This document shows, piece after piece, positions 32,096 to 44,688 of a stretch of 64,000 bases of DNA. The position numbers were made by a program, and so were the translations under genes. Under the pieces are notes generated by a model, which was not told the origin of the DNA, ran no database searches, and saw only the letters and a list, made by a program, of their open reading frames with translations. The first letter of the stretch is position 1; each line of letters begins with the position of its first letter. Location: contig OZ024743.1 of assembly GCA_964016885.1 (NCBI GenBank), positions 316,820,001 to 316,884,000 on the forward strand, given 5' to 3'. The DNA is from Eledone cirrhosa. Its lineage: Eukaryota.

Positions 32096-33262
32096 GTGAT
32101 TAGGTTTCCATTTATTGGTTGTAATAGAGTATCAAAGAACCTACCTAGAACAATCACTTCCCATTGACATTTGACTGACATATAAATAAACTGGAGCAAA
32201 CATAGAGGAAATAATCTTCTTGAAAATAATGTCAGTTCAGAGGAGTGTGGTGGAGATGGGTATGGTGGTGGTGGCAGTGAGGGAAAATAATAGACTTGTT
32301 TAGCCCAAGGTCAATCCTCTGATCAAAGGTTTTCCAACTATGATCACCCCATCTTTTTCAAGAATATATCAAGGAATACTTTAGTTAATGAATGTGGGTT
32401 TTTCTTTCATCTTTTTGCCATATTTTTTTTAATGCCAAGATGGGATTTGAAGATGATTTTGTTGCTGTTTCTAGCAGGTGGCATGTGCTGCATAAAAGCT
32501 TCCTTATTAACTCACAAAACTCTGTTTTCACACTGAGGTTTAACAGCAATTAAATGAGGGTTTGTCTGTAGGAATTGAGTCACTAGAAATAGCAACATTT
32601 TTTGAAAATCAGACCCCTTTACATATTAGATAATGTAGTCCTAGATACACTATCTCTAGAATGACAAGATGGTGGTCATGGCCAGAATTGTAACAACAAC
32701 AACAGGGTGAATATTTGGTATTTTTGTCAAAAATATGACAGAAACAAGCAAATAGATTAACCATTTTGATCCCAGCCAGTGTGGAATCACAGTTGGTTCT
32801 ATGATATATAACTGTTTATTTTAAAGTGATTATATTTATCACAAAAGTTTCCATCATAATTTTATGAGATCCTTTGTTCCAAACACCAGCTAGATAATTG
32901 TTTCTACTTTAGGCACAAGGCCAACGATTTGAAGGGGAGGAGAAAGTCGACTAAATCAACCCCAGTGTATTATCTTATCAACCCCGTAAGGATGAAAGGC
33001 AAAGCTAACCTCGGTGGGATTTGAACTCAGAATGTAAGGGGTCGTAACTCTATGCATGTTGTCCTATGCCCTACCGATACTGCCAAAAGTTAGTTATGTC
33101 ACTAAATCCTTCCTAATTGTTGATTATTTACAAAAGTATTTTAATATTATAGACAGTTTTTCATTAGAAATATAGTAACTTTTTTCTAAAATTATATCTG
33201 AAACTGGATATCATTCCATTATTATATATATTTATGATTGTATTTCTCTTTTCAATCTTCAG

Positions 33263-33313
33263 GATTATTCCAATTGTCGTTCTCATAAGTTGGTTTTCAT
33301 ATTTCAAACAAGA
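33263..33313 (+). CDS. TMEM116: TMEM116-like exon (IIPIVVLISWFSYFKQ, TM4)
   Basis: Acceptor tttcaatcttcag and donor GA|gtaagt. Hydrophobic segment, phase 2-2. Confidence 0.75.
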
Positions 33314-34852
33314 GTAAGTTTCTTTGAAAATCTTCATAGTATTGAAATTTTTTGATAATTTTTTTTATATATAAAATAGTGTTTTGTTTGAAAGCTAACA
33401 CAATGTGATTGGGACAGTCATAATTATCATCATCATCACCGTTTAACATCCAGACAAGTTGTCCTGTTGTGAGATAGGTCAGGTGACTGTCTTGCTAATA
33501 CAGAACTGATTTTGACTTGGTTTCTACAGTTGGAGGCTGTAGAAATTAAGTCAATGATGTTGGGGTGTCACCTTGCATTTCTTTGTATTTCGGGATAAAA
33601 TTCCCTTCATCAAAAGATTAATAGAAGAAACTATTTCAGAGCTGTATAGTTTTTGTTACTCATAAGCTGCCTTTTTAAATTTTTTTTTTTTTTTTTTAAA
33701 CATGGCTGCTAAAGAATGACAAAAAAATATACATCTCCAAACTAGTTTCTTCAATTAACTTTTTTATGAAGGGATTTTGTACTGAAATATAAAGACCTAT
33801 ATCATTGCAATTAATGCTAATCCCAAAATATAAGGCCCAACATCATTATCATATTTTTAATATTTACTGTACAATTCACATTGTGGTAGCTATTTTTTTA
33901 ACTTTACACAAAACTTAAAGCAAACATCCTTATATCTCAATATTTTTCTGGCCCTTAAATAACTGACCTCCATAAAATCAGAATGACAGCAGCCTGTCTT
34001 AACAAGGAGTTCCACATGGTGGGGAGACAGTTGTAGCAGTTGTCCGCAGAAATGCCTTTGCCATTTTGTCTGCGGAGCATAGCTGAAACAACTACTCTGA
34101 CTTAGGTGTAGTCTGTCACTCTCCCCATTTCTTTCTTTTGTTGCCTAATAATCCTTGCCCTTTCTCTCCTTTTCCTCTCATTTATAGCATTTATAGTCCT
34201 TTCCAATAATACTTTCTTTTTCTATATATTTGACTAAATATTAAATTCTTTATTATTTTTATGTAATCCTAAAATGTATTTCAAATAACATTAAAAAAAA
34301 ATTTCATTTTGAGACCAAAAAAAATTTGAGATTAACCCTTTTGATAACCACTTGCTCTAAACACTAACCTTCACCTCACCTCCGATCATCTGCTGGCCCT
34401 CTACAAAACCTCAGTAAAATCCACAATGGAATACTGCTTCCACATATGGAACATATCTGTTGCTGATGTGTGTGCATATGTGTGTGTGTGCAGCCATAGT
34501 GCATTGGTTGAATTTTGGCTGCATACAAGTTGACAAAACTGCACAGTTGGGACATTGAAGAAAAAAGTATTTTGTTTATTTTTTCTTCACATTTATAATT
34601 GTTACATAACTCTCTCTCTATAAAATCAACTTTACTGGGCACATGCTCTGATATGTAAGCTCAGACTAATCTAGGGCTCTACTAACATGGCTGTAGATAC
34701 ATTTGTATGTTGTCAGAAGTGTAGTTCTCTACTCATCAACACACAACAACCTCTGACCCACAGTGTTGCTGTCACTGTCAACTCCCTTTCTCTACTCTAC
34801 CTACTGTTTATGGCATTTTACACCTGGTAAAATATGACACACTCTGATAACA

Positions 34853-35224
34853 TACGAGGTGTTGGCTGAAAAGTTCATAGGCTGACTGACACTTTCATAA
34901 AATGACCAAGTGAAGTTTATTTTTCAACGCAGTCCCTGGAAAGAAACAACGCATTATGTTCAGATTCAATATATATGTATATATTTATTTACCACACCAC
35001 ATATACATTTAGTTTTTAGATTAGTCATTGACTAATATCATTTTTCTTCTCACCATAAATTTATTTTCAGTTAACATTTACTTACAACAGCATAGTTTAC
35101 ATGAAGTATTACGAGATATATAAGAATGAAGTTATTAAGAGTTGAAATTAATACATGCAAGATTTCACAGCTCTAGTATCACTCCTTCATAGTCAGCCTA
35201 TGAACTGTTCAGCTGATCCTCGCA
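34853..35224. mobile_element. Tc1/mariner-type MITE with an internal insertion
   Basis: TIRs TA|CGAGG..GCTGAAAAGTTCATAGGCTGACT and AGTCAGCCTATGAACTGTTCAGC..CCTCG. Confidence 0.75.
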
Positions 35225-35419
35225 TATAAAGACACAAGGCAAACTAATATTTTTAGCTTTTTAATAATATCAGGTCAAATGTTTTTTTGATTATATTGAA
35301 CATGGTTCTACTTGTTTTTGTACTCATTTCATTTCATTATTCCTATTTAAATAAAAATGTATATGAAAATAAATGAATGAATGAATTTTTATGCTAGAAA
35401 CAAGCGCAAGAAGAATTTA

Positions 35420-36225
35420 TGGTAAACGTTTACATACTCCCTCCACAACACCAATCTCAAGACATCTTCTTGTGAATGTGACCTGGGTATTGTCAACAGC
35501 GATTTGTGTTGGACAAAGCACATCTCTAAAATTGTCAAAAAGGCTGAGGGTGTCTTGGCATCACTCAGTAAGACCTTTGTCAGCTGCTCTCTAGCTTTCT
35601 ATTTAAAGCTGTATATAGCTATGTTGTGGCCACACTTAGAATTTGTATTACCAGTCTGGAACCGCTATCTTGCTCAGAATATTGATCTCCTGTAAACTGT
35701 TCCGAGATGTGCAACCAAACAAATATGATCCATCAGGCATTTACCATACTCTGAATGCCTTGCTTCCCTGGGCATGGATACATTAAAACTCCAATGTCTG
35801 GCAACTGATTTTGTAAACACCCATAAGATTATTAACCATCTTTCCAACAACATTCCTGAGCACCTTTTTGAATTCTATATGTCTAACACCTGTGGACATG
35901 CTTACAAATCAAAAAACAGTACAGCTCCCATGATGTTTGGAAACATTTTTTCATGCTCAAAGTTGTTGAAGCATGGAATAAACTACCTGCATCAGGTGTT
36001 AGCTGTTGGGACACTACATCCTTCAAAACTTCCATGCTTCCCAAAATTCGCCAACACAACACCTGATACTTTCCCTCCATACACACACACGCGTGCATGT
36101 GTCTGTGTGTGTATCATGACTCGTACACTATTCACTTTCCTGACATTTGTACATTATTCTATGTACTATACATGCACCTTTGATGAGTTGCAGTGCACAA
36201 TAATTTTCATTATTACTATTATTTG
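35420..36225 (+). mobile_element. Decayed CR1/L2-like LINE 3' fragment
   Basis: Translation WTKHISKIVKKA...LYIAMLWPHLEF..PVWN followed by stops and frameshifts. Its 3' tail recurs inverted at ~57630-57720. Confidence 0.78.
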
Positions 36226-37060
36226 TCATTTCAAATTAAACCATGACACTTCTACAGAGTCAGATAGGTGTTAGAAAGTTTATAGATATATTAAATAATG
36301 GGGTTGATAAAATAAGTATAAATCAAGCAATAAGTTCAAGACATATCACTGAATTTTGGCAATCTCTGACAATCACATTATATACTCCTGTCACTCTTGG
36401 AGTCATAGGGACACTGATTTGGGCATTTTAAATCTGGTGGAGCCTGATTTCTACTGGAAAGAGAATCAAACCCAGTATTAGATTTGTACTTCTTTTTATT
36501 GACCTCAAAAGGATGAAATGCAAAGTTGATCTCAACAGGATTTGAACTCAGAAGGATTTTGTTCTGGCTCTCTGATCTCTATCTAACATTCTAATGACTC
36601 TGGGAATTCATTGCCTAATAAAATTAATAAAATGTTATTTGCTTGCTTGTATATATAAATATAGAATAATTTTCTTTCAAATATCCTTTAATTGTTATCA
36701 AACTTTTTATTTTTTATTTTAAACATTTTCTTTTACTAAATTATTTGGAATTTACATATACAAAATGTTCTGCAGATTCATCGAAAAGATATAGTGATGT
36801 CTTGTGCATTTTGAAATATTTCCTTTGCAAATTTAATCATTTATAATCTTCATTTTATTGATTTTTTTATTGTTGTATTGCCTTCATTTTCATTCTATAA
36901 ATCATCTTATTCATTTCATTGTGTACAATGATTGTTGGAGAGTTCCACAATTCAGTGATATTTAATGGATACCTAAAATGAAAAAATACCCCCAAATGCA
37001 TGACCTATTGATTTATATCTGTGGTATTTAACTCTGATTTATTGCTTTATATATTTTTAG

Positions 37061-37124
37061 TAGTTATGTTTACATTCTCCATGCACATTGTAACTGGACA
37101 ATCCCCAAAGAATTTTCAGGATAT
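37061..37124 (+). CDS. TMEM116: TMEM116-like exon (SYVYILHAHCNWTIPKEFSGY, ECL2 with NWT sequon)
   Basis: Acceptor atttttag (a TAGTAG tandem acceptor) and donor TAT|gtaagt, phase 2-0. Confidence 0.72.
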
Positions 37125-38199
37125 GTAAGTTTATTTTGTTGACTTGTATTTTACCTTTTCTTCATTTATGGCTAGAATGGTTTTGTAATGTTCCAGTGTT
37201 TCACTAATTCATTAAGCTGAAATTTCGAAATCGCTACTATTTTTCACTTTAGAACGTATATTTCTGCACTCTACCCACCAGTATTCAGTCCTCACTCAGT
37301 TAATATTTGGATGTTTTAAATACTCCTTGCTATATCATTATCATCATCATTAACTTTAACCTTGCTGACAACACCTCTGACCATGGCTTGTTTAGATTAC
37401 AGAGTGGAGTACCCTATCAAAAGCTTTCTCTAGGTCGACAAATGCTTCGTAGAGGGGTTTACTTTTAACTAGATACTTCTCCTGCAGTTGCCTCACAAGG
37501 AAGAAGGCATCTGTGGTGCTTTTTTCTTGCACGTCATTTCAGTTAATTCAATCCCTAATCAAATGTACAATGACTCTTTCTGTAACTTTCATAACCAAGT
37601 GCATCACTTTTACCCTTGTAACAATTGACGATGCTGCTGTTATGCCAGTCATTGAGTTTGGCACCATTTTGTATTACTTGGTTAACAATATAGGTAGTTA
37701 TGGTATGTCCTACCATTCCAAATTATAGTATAAATAATATATAGAGAATTTGTGTGCAACAAAATAAGCAGCAATGGTAAATACTAGTTTAAACGCTCTG
37801 GAGAATTGGAAAATACATAACGCTTCAGATTGTTTAGAAAGAAGTGACGAAGTCCACTTGAGAACCATGCAGTTTCGGGTTCAATCCCAATGTATCTTGC
37901 ACTATTGTCCTCTAAAGCAAACGTGAAGAAGTTTGTAAACTTGAATAAATTCGTATATCGGATAACATTTGACTATTTTATGTACAAGCGTACATAAAAC
38001 ACCATTCATCATTCCCATCATCAGTAAATATGGGAAACTACTCTGACTGTTGCAAAATTTAAGATTTTTACCGAGAGTAAATTCGTTAAAATATTCTAAT
38101 CACGAAGGGAAGTAACTCCATCTTGAAATCCAAGGGAGATTACTCTACAGACAAAAAATGAAATACTGTGTGCCGGGATTACGGAGCAATGATTTATAC

Positions 38200-38330
38200 T
38201 AAGATATGAGTTTTTTACTGAGTTCAAATCCCGCCGAGATTAACTTTGCTTTTCATCCTTCCGGGGTCGATAAAATAAAGCACCAGTAATGCACTGGGTA
38301 ATTGCTGGCCTTGTGCCTAAAGTAGAAACA
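38200..38330 (+). mobile_element. tRNA-derived SINE fragment
   Basis: B-box-like GAGTTCAAATCCC followed by TTTGCTTTTCATCCTT..GGGGTCGATAAAATAA. Inverted relatives at ~32900-33090, 36470-36550 and 49190-49390. Confidence 0.6.
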
Positions 38331-38549
38331 AAAAAGTAGAAACAATTATATTCAATTTGATATTGTTGGACAGACATATATAAATAGCTCTTTGAATTAA
38401 TTAATGAAATAGTCTGCACCGTCAAAATTAAAAATTAGTCATATACATGATTTATGATTAAGAATGAGAGGAGGAGTTTTTTGGTATCTTTCTGTCCGTT
38501 TCTTCTGAACACTTCGTCCTGCCATAGCTTTGAGATACCATCCTTAATT

Positions 38550-38791
38550 AAAGTGGTTGTGATGGTGACCTGACAAAAAACACCCAGCTCACATTGTAAA
38601 GTGGTCGTGTAGGTGTCACGACAAAAAGCAGCCAGTACTCAATGTAAAGGAGGTTGGCGTTAGGAAGGCCATCCAGCTGTAGAAACCAAGCCGAAATCAG
38701 TTTGATAGTCACCTGACCTAGCATTGCCCACAACAGGACAACTCGTCTAACCCATGCTAGCATGGAAAAATGGATGTAAAATGATGATGAT
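38550..38791 (+). mobile_element. RTE 3'-tail derivative (SINE or truncated LINE end) with (ATG)n tail
   Basis: GTTGGCGTTAGGAAGGCCATCCAGCTGTAGAAAC...ACCCATGCTAGCATGGAAAA...ATGATGATGA, same as the LINE tail at 46855-47015. Further copies near 56020, 56270-56595, 57330-57600, 61265 and 63770. Confidence 0.75.
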
Positions 38792-38792
38792 A

Positions 38793-40601
38793 TCTGTATA
38801 TATATAAAATTAAGTATGTGTGTGTGTCTGTGTATTACCTATAGGGGCCTACAACTTACGACCGATTTTCATGAAACTTTACAGGCTCATAGATTAGTCA
38901 TCGGGGGGAGTGTTTTCTATATATCAGCGTATCGTTTTTTTTATTCCGGGGTCATTAAATATTCAAAAATAAGTCAACCAAATACACAAAATCTTAGTTA
39001 AAACAAATTAAAGGGAAGTAAATCTTGATACCTAAGAAGCAGGACAGAAGGAATTATTTCCCGTTGATAGTTACTCTAATCGGTTAAAACAATTGCCACA
39101 CAATGACAAATGACTTCTTGGTCGCTCTACCAGCTAAAAATACATTGAACAAAATATTTAAGTAAAATCATCTTAAGAAACATCAACACCATTCTATCAT
39201 GAGACACTACTAATGAAAAAGAACGAATGTAGGAGAAATCATCAATCCATATAAACTTTCACTGTTAACTCAGCAGACGACATCACTTAATATCTACACT
39301 CCTACATCGATATGTATGATAATTCTCTCTCTATTATATATATATAATCTTTCTCTCTATTTTATATATATCTGTATATATATATATATATAAAATTATA
39401 TACGATTTCACTCAACATTTCGCCATTTGCTACACCTTACGATTGATTTTCAAGAAACTCACCAGCTCATGAATTTTCAACCAGGTTTTATTCCTACTTG
39501 GAGTCCGTTCATCTCAGTTCACACTATTGACCTCTACTACAACCGAGTGTCAACGATAATTCTTTAACTTTTTAAGTCTGTGATAAATGGTTACTTTGTA
39601 CAATCCGGCTATACTGTTCTCTGCATTAATCTCTTTCATGGGTGCTATTGTAGATGTGCTTAAACTACTCTTTAGAAAATGCCTCCAAAGAGTAACAAAA
39701 TTGGTCGGAAAACAGCGCGAGGCAAAAGTATGACAAATAGACGAGCAAGTGAGCCACTACAAAATGCTGAAATAAGACGAACTAGAAACGCAATGTCCAC
39801 GGCCGCTGCACGCGCTGCTGAAACGGATGATCAGCGCGTCCGCAGACAGACAAGCGATGCTGTGTCGAAGGCCAGTGCACGAGCTTCTGAAAATGAGGGT
39901 CAGCGCATTTGCAGACAAAGAAGAAACGCAATGTTGACGGCCAGTGTACGAGGTTCTGAAAATGAGGGTCAGCGCGTTCGCAGACAAAGAAGAAACGCAA
40001 TGTCGACGGCCAGTGCACAAGCTTCTGAAAATGAGGGTCAGCGCGTTCGCAGACAAAGAAGAAACGCAATGTCGACGGCCACTGCATGGGCTACGGAGAC
40101 ATCATCCCAAAGAAGCATTTCCAGAAATGGTCTTTCAAGGCCTTCCAGTTCGCGATGGCTACTTAAGGCGTTTGAATATAGCCTAACCTTCAATTATGCC
40201 ACCCATGGTGATGTGATCATTGGCGATATATCCATCATTTGCACCTGCTACAATGCCATGAAGTGGCCAGGTGAACCATCTGGGATGTGCTGCGCGAATG
40301 GAAAAGTCAGCTTACCTTTCCTCCTTGATCTACCTGAGCCATTGAAGACGTATCTGACAGGTGAAACAGTGGAGTCTAAGCACTTCCTTGAAAATATCCG
40401 GAAATACAACTCCGCCTTTCAGATGACATCGTTTGGAGCAAACATTGTTAAGGAAGACCGTTTCATGCCTACATTTAAAGTTCAGGGGAAACTGTGTGTG
40501 GCCATAGATGAGTCATCGAGAAGCAGTTGCTAAGATCAACATCTTTTCATCAAAGCAGATATTATTTTACCTACCCAGGCAACGCTGGGTACTGCTGCTA
40601 G
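38793..40601 (+). mobile_element. Internally deleted Helitron with both termini intact (about 1.8 kb), in a TMEM116-like intron
   Basis: 5' end A|TCTGTATATATATAAAA. 3' hairpin ACCCAG-GCAACG-CTGGGT followed by CTAG|T. A|T insertion site. Internal RepHel N-terminal ORF. Confidence 0.9.
39679..40533 (+). pseudogene. Truncated Helitron RepHel ORF (284 aa): 23-aa repeats plus Zn-binding N-terminal domain; lacks the Rep and helicase core
   Basis: Motifs CxxCxAxKWxGExxGMCCxNGKVxLP, FLENIRKYNSAFQMTSFGA and TFKVQG. 69-bp tandem repeats at 39922, 39991 and 40060. Confidence 0.88.
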
Positions 40602-40647
40602 TATATAATGTTTTTTCACAGACCCATGATTTTAATCTTTATTTCAG

Positions 40648-40728
40648 AACAATTCTATGTCATTCCTGTTCTGGTTTAACAACAGCCTACCTGTTGGATT
40701 CTACATCATTGTTTTATTTTTTATACTG
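40648..40728 (+). CDS. TMEM116: TMEM116-like exon (NNSMSFLFWFNNSLPVGFYIIVLFFIL, TM5)
   Basis: Acceptor ctttatttcag and donor CTG|gttggt, phase 0-0, hydrophobic. Confidence 0.78.
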
Positions 40729-41559
40729 GTTGGTACACATTTATTTTTGGTTTTGTCTTCAATTGAAATTATGATTATATACAAGATATACCATATTTGT
40801 TTCTTTGTGTTATACCACTTGAGTATAATCTCACCCTGTTTCTAATACTAAAAAATAAAACGAGAATAAATTACAACCTTGTGTATATGACCCTAAAGTA
40901 CAGCCATGTCTATATAAAAAATGTTGTTACCTCTTACCATGTTAGCCATCTGTATCTCAATCTCACATATATTTCACCACAATATTCATTTTGACATGAT
41001 GTTAAGAAACGTTAAACAACTGAATGTTTTAGTATTATTGAGAGTAAATGGACTTAACTAATTTCTATTGTTTTGTTTATCACCAAATGGAAAAAATCTG
41101 TTTAGCACACAACTTTACAGCATTATCAACAACTCCTCAGAATTATCACCCTTTTACTCAAGTGGGGGGAAAAGTATATACTGTATATATTTGAATATAA
41201 TCTGCCCCATCCCATTTTTATCTTTAGAAACCAAGGCAGCCAATCAACTCGTTTAGCTGGCAAATATAAGCTACTCCCTCCTCATTTTATTCCTCTGACC
41301 TAGCATTGCCTCACAAATATTTGAGTATAATTAAGCCTCAATCGTAACAGTGATCAAAACACTACAAATCTTATGCAGTCTCTTTATTAATTGATTTTAA
41401 TCAATTTTGTATCTGATTCCCAAATAACAAATATTTCTGATGCATCTAATACCATTTGTAACAATTGTTATCAAATATTTGCAATTTTTCCATTTGAATT
41501 GAGTATTTTTAAGCTCAAACACTTCTGAAAACATGTCATATAAAATACGATGACCTCTC

Positions 41560-41910
41560 CGCTTGTTATTTGCCTACTTCTTCACCTACTTAATCCTGGG
41601 AGGGTCATAGGGATGAGTCCTCAAACATGCCTTTCAGCAGGTCCTCTCACATGCAACTGTCCCAATTGATCTGGCTGGATCCCCAAGTGAAGTCAGTCGA
41701 GCTGATGGATGTTATCCAATCATCTTGCTCAGGGTCGACCCCTGGGACTTTTGCTGGTTGGTTTTGTCTATAAAATCTTTCCAATTCTTTCCTTAGACAT
41801 TCTAACCACATGTCCCTAATATCAGAGCTATCCTCTCTCAATTTGGGAATGTGGCTCTACAAGGAGCGACTCTGAGCTATGAACTCTGTCAAGTAATGTT
41901 ACTCCATGAA
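41560..41910 (-). mobile_element. Second decayed copy of the same RTE fragment
   Basis: Colinear similarity to 30590-30980 (catggatgttatccaa...gacattctaaccacatg). Confidence 0.68.
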
Positions 41911-42172
41911 TACCGAATTGAAGATAACGAGTTTGGCTTTTACACCTACCTCCCTTTTTATTATGACTGAATGCTGAAGCTGGTACATTACTGCACTAAT
42001 TCTTACAGTTCTTGACTCAATTCAGCCTCTTACTTTACATCACCTTCGTACCTTTTATATTTTAAAATTTGTCATATCATACACAAGAAAATACACTACA
42101 TTTATATCATAATGTCATTTGAATTATTTTATTTATGTCATTCATACTGATAATTTTTATATTTAATGACAG

Positions 42173-42224
42173 ATAACAAGTTCTAAGCTAGCTAAAATGT
42201 ACATCCAAGCAAACAGAAATCGAG
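42173..42224 (+). CDS. TMEM116: TMEM116-like exon (ITSSKLAKMYIQANRNR, ICL3)
   Basis: Acceptor atgacag and donor GAG|gtaagt. Phase 0-1 joins the next exon as a GGT codon. Confidence 0.8.
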
Positions 42225-42889
42225 GTAAGTTAAGTTATCAGTTCATTTCAGTCATACCTACCTCATTTGAAGCATAAAAAAAAACCTTCAGTCACGAATG
42301 ACCATGAGATTTGCACCTAGAAAGTTTCCTCTCTGAGTCACAAGCCTGGGTAAGCTTGTTAATAAAAGACCACCATTCCCCATTTATACCAGTCTCCCCT
42401 CTCCATGCCACCAATGTTGTCCAAGGGAGAAGCAATGGCTTAACACCAGTGACATTGTAACTAATACACTGTATGTACACTGTATACACACTACATGCAA
42501 TTTCATCCAAGGGAAAGGCAAAGGCTGATACATCTTCATACCAGTGACATCACAACTCATTTCTACAGCTGAGTGAAATAGTCTTGCTCAAGGACACAAC
42601 ACATCACCTGGTCTAGGAATCGAACTAATGACCTCATGATTGTAAGCCCACTGTTCTAACCACTAAGCCATGCATCTTCACTCTGAAGCATAAGCCACCA
42701 ACAAGATTTCTCCAACTATTGTGATCCTGGGTGAGTTGCTCCAACTGTCCTCAGAAATAGTCATTGGCCAAGTAGCTTTCTGATACAAACTTTCACTATT
42801 CTGCATGCTACTTCCTTTAGCTGGAGGTCCATTCTCTCCCAGGGTCAGAATTTTTATGTTTTTTTGTTTTAGTGGTAGTTGTTTAATGG

Positions 42890-43170
42890 ATGCATGTAGC
42901 CTAGAGGTAAGGGTATTGGACTTACAATCTTAATGTTATAGGTTTGATTCCAGGATTGGGTTGCGAGTTGTGTTCTTGCACAAAACATTTCATTTCACAT
43001 TGCTCCAGTATACTCAGCTGAAAATGAGTATCAGCAATAACTGGAGGTTTAACCCTGTGATAGACTGGTGCCCTGTCCAGAGGGAAGTCATCTACTCTCA
43101 GTCACTTAATGCCATGGAAACTGAGATAAGCACCGACTTGATGAGCCTTCGGGCTTCAGACAAACTTTAG
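42890..43170 (+). mobile_element. tRNA-derived SINE
   Basis: A/B-box-like head (TGTAGCCTAGAGGTAAG...GGTTTGATTCC) and body TTCTTGCACAAAACATTTCATTTCACATTGCTCCAGT. Relatives at ~51015, 51380, 60100 (+) and 42560, 57750-58060, 58850-59180 (-). Confidence 0.6.
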
Positions 43171-43666
43171 ACTTTTTTTGTAGTGGTAGCTGTTTCACGG
43201 GGGTGGTGTGTTGCTAGCCCAACCCTTCTTCTAATCCAGACTTTGAACTGGCCATGGCAGTTTACATTGATATATATTTTGGTTATTTTTATATTTTTAA
43301 ATTTGTTTTTATGGTAGTGATTTCGAAGTTTTGGGAAATATAATTATACTCTGCTCACATGTACTGAGAACTAATTCAGTTAGCATTTAGCCAGTTTATG
43401 TACAAATGTACATAAAACACCCCCTTCATCATCCATTTTCCTGGCTAGCAAATGTTGGACAGTTCGTCACACATCGAATCAGTACTGAAACAGGGGTACT
43501 GACCTCTACATATACTCCCAAACTCTACAGAGTGATCATACAGGCTCGGGTCTTGCATCTCACTTAGATATATTCCCACACTCTACTGCATGCATTTTAT
43601 TCTCCAACCCTTGCTCACAGGTAAAGTGGACATTAAAATGATGATGATGAATGTAATTTTATCCAG

Positions 43667-43759
43667 GTATAATTGGTTACTGCCAGAGACGCCGAGAACA
43701 TCAAATGAAAGCTTATCTTGGATTTAACGTAATTTCCTTCTTGGTTTGTTGGGGACCAT
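43667..43759 (+). CDS. TMEM116: TMEM116-like exon (IIGYCQRRREHQMKAYLGFNVISFLVCWGP, TM6 with FxxCWxP)
   Basis: Acceptor ttttatccag and donor CAT|gtaagt. Carries the GPCR-type TM6 motif FLVCWGP. Confidence 0.88.
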
Positions 43760-43893
43760 GTAAGTAACAAGATTTTCTTTTATCAACAAACCATTCTCAC
43801 AATATGTAACAAGTAGAAATGATTATGGAAAAGAATTGAACTACAAAGTAGAGAATCAGTGTTCATAAAATTTATCCATATCTGTGTCGATGG

Positions 43894-44076
43894 TATGAGG
43901 GTCACCTGAAAAGTTCATAGGCTGACTAATACACTCTCATGCAATGTCCAAATGAGATTTATTTTTTAACATAGTCCATGGAAAGAAACAATGTAGTTTT
44001 TAATAAGAGTTGAAATTAATGCATGCAAGATTTCACAGCTCTAGTATCACTCCTTCATAGTCAGCCGACCCTCGTA
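43894..44076. mobile_element. Second, shorter copy of the same mariner-type MITE
   Basis: TA-TGAGGGTCACCTGAAAAGTTCATAGGCTGACT ... GTCAGCCGACCCTCG-TA. Internal sequence is shared with the copy at 34853. Confidence 0.75.
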
Positions 44077-44688
44077 TTTATGGAAATTGATCATAATCGA
44101 TGCATGGCTGAATGAAGTCTTGTAACTGAGAAAGCTTTAACTATCAATCAAACTATAAAAACATGGCTGAGCAGTAATAACAATGGTCGTCTGATTTATT
44201 GAATAATTTTTTTTTTGTTTTTCATGACTGTATTTATAAATTGGGCGTCAGAAGCTGTAACAAGTTGCCTTTTGATATTTGTTGCAGCCCCAAGTTAAAC
44301 CTGCTCAAAGGTGCTGTAACTGTGACCATTCTTATATATATTTTTCTTAGCCTTTTGATCCTGACTCACCCAAAACCAGCTGTGGTTCTGAGACAAAACC
44401 ATCCATTTTAAAGGGTTCCTATTTAAATTCAAACCTAACATTATTTGACATATGAACCTTTGATGTTACAAATACTACCTAAATAATGAAATAATAATTT
44501 TAGTAAATCCTTCCAAAAGCTTAATTATTTCAAATGCTGTACATTTGGTTAGAAATATTTTAATAGGCCTGCATACACTCTACCAATTAAATATTCATTA
44601 TCTATGGTAGGGTGTAATTTCAGTGAGATTTGGCTGCTACTTCTTGAAGGTTGAATAATAAAAGACTTCCTCATTAATTTATAAACAA

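Noticed and set aside
31916-32167. 83-aa ORF (SLYNGYYFGFY...) as the coding frame
   Set aside because: It is an alternative frame of the 32003 exon. The LCTMAITLVF frame fits TM3 and the upstream Cys-containing exon better, though this is not proven.
39757-40186. Overlapping antisense and alternate-frame ORFs
   Set aside because: They are shadows of the 69-bp repeats in the Helitron ORF.
43752-43760. GGGACCATG shared between the TM6 exon end and the satellite monomer
   Set aside because: A 9-bp match is compatible with chance.
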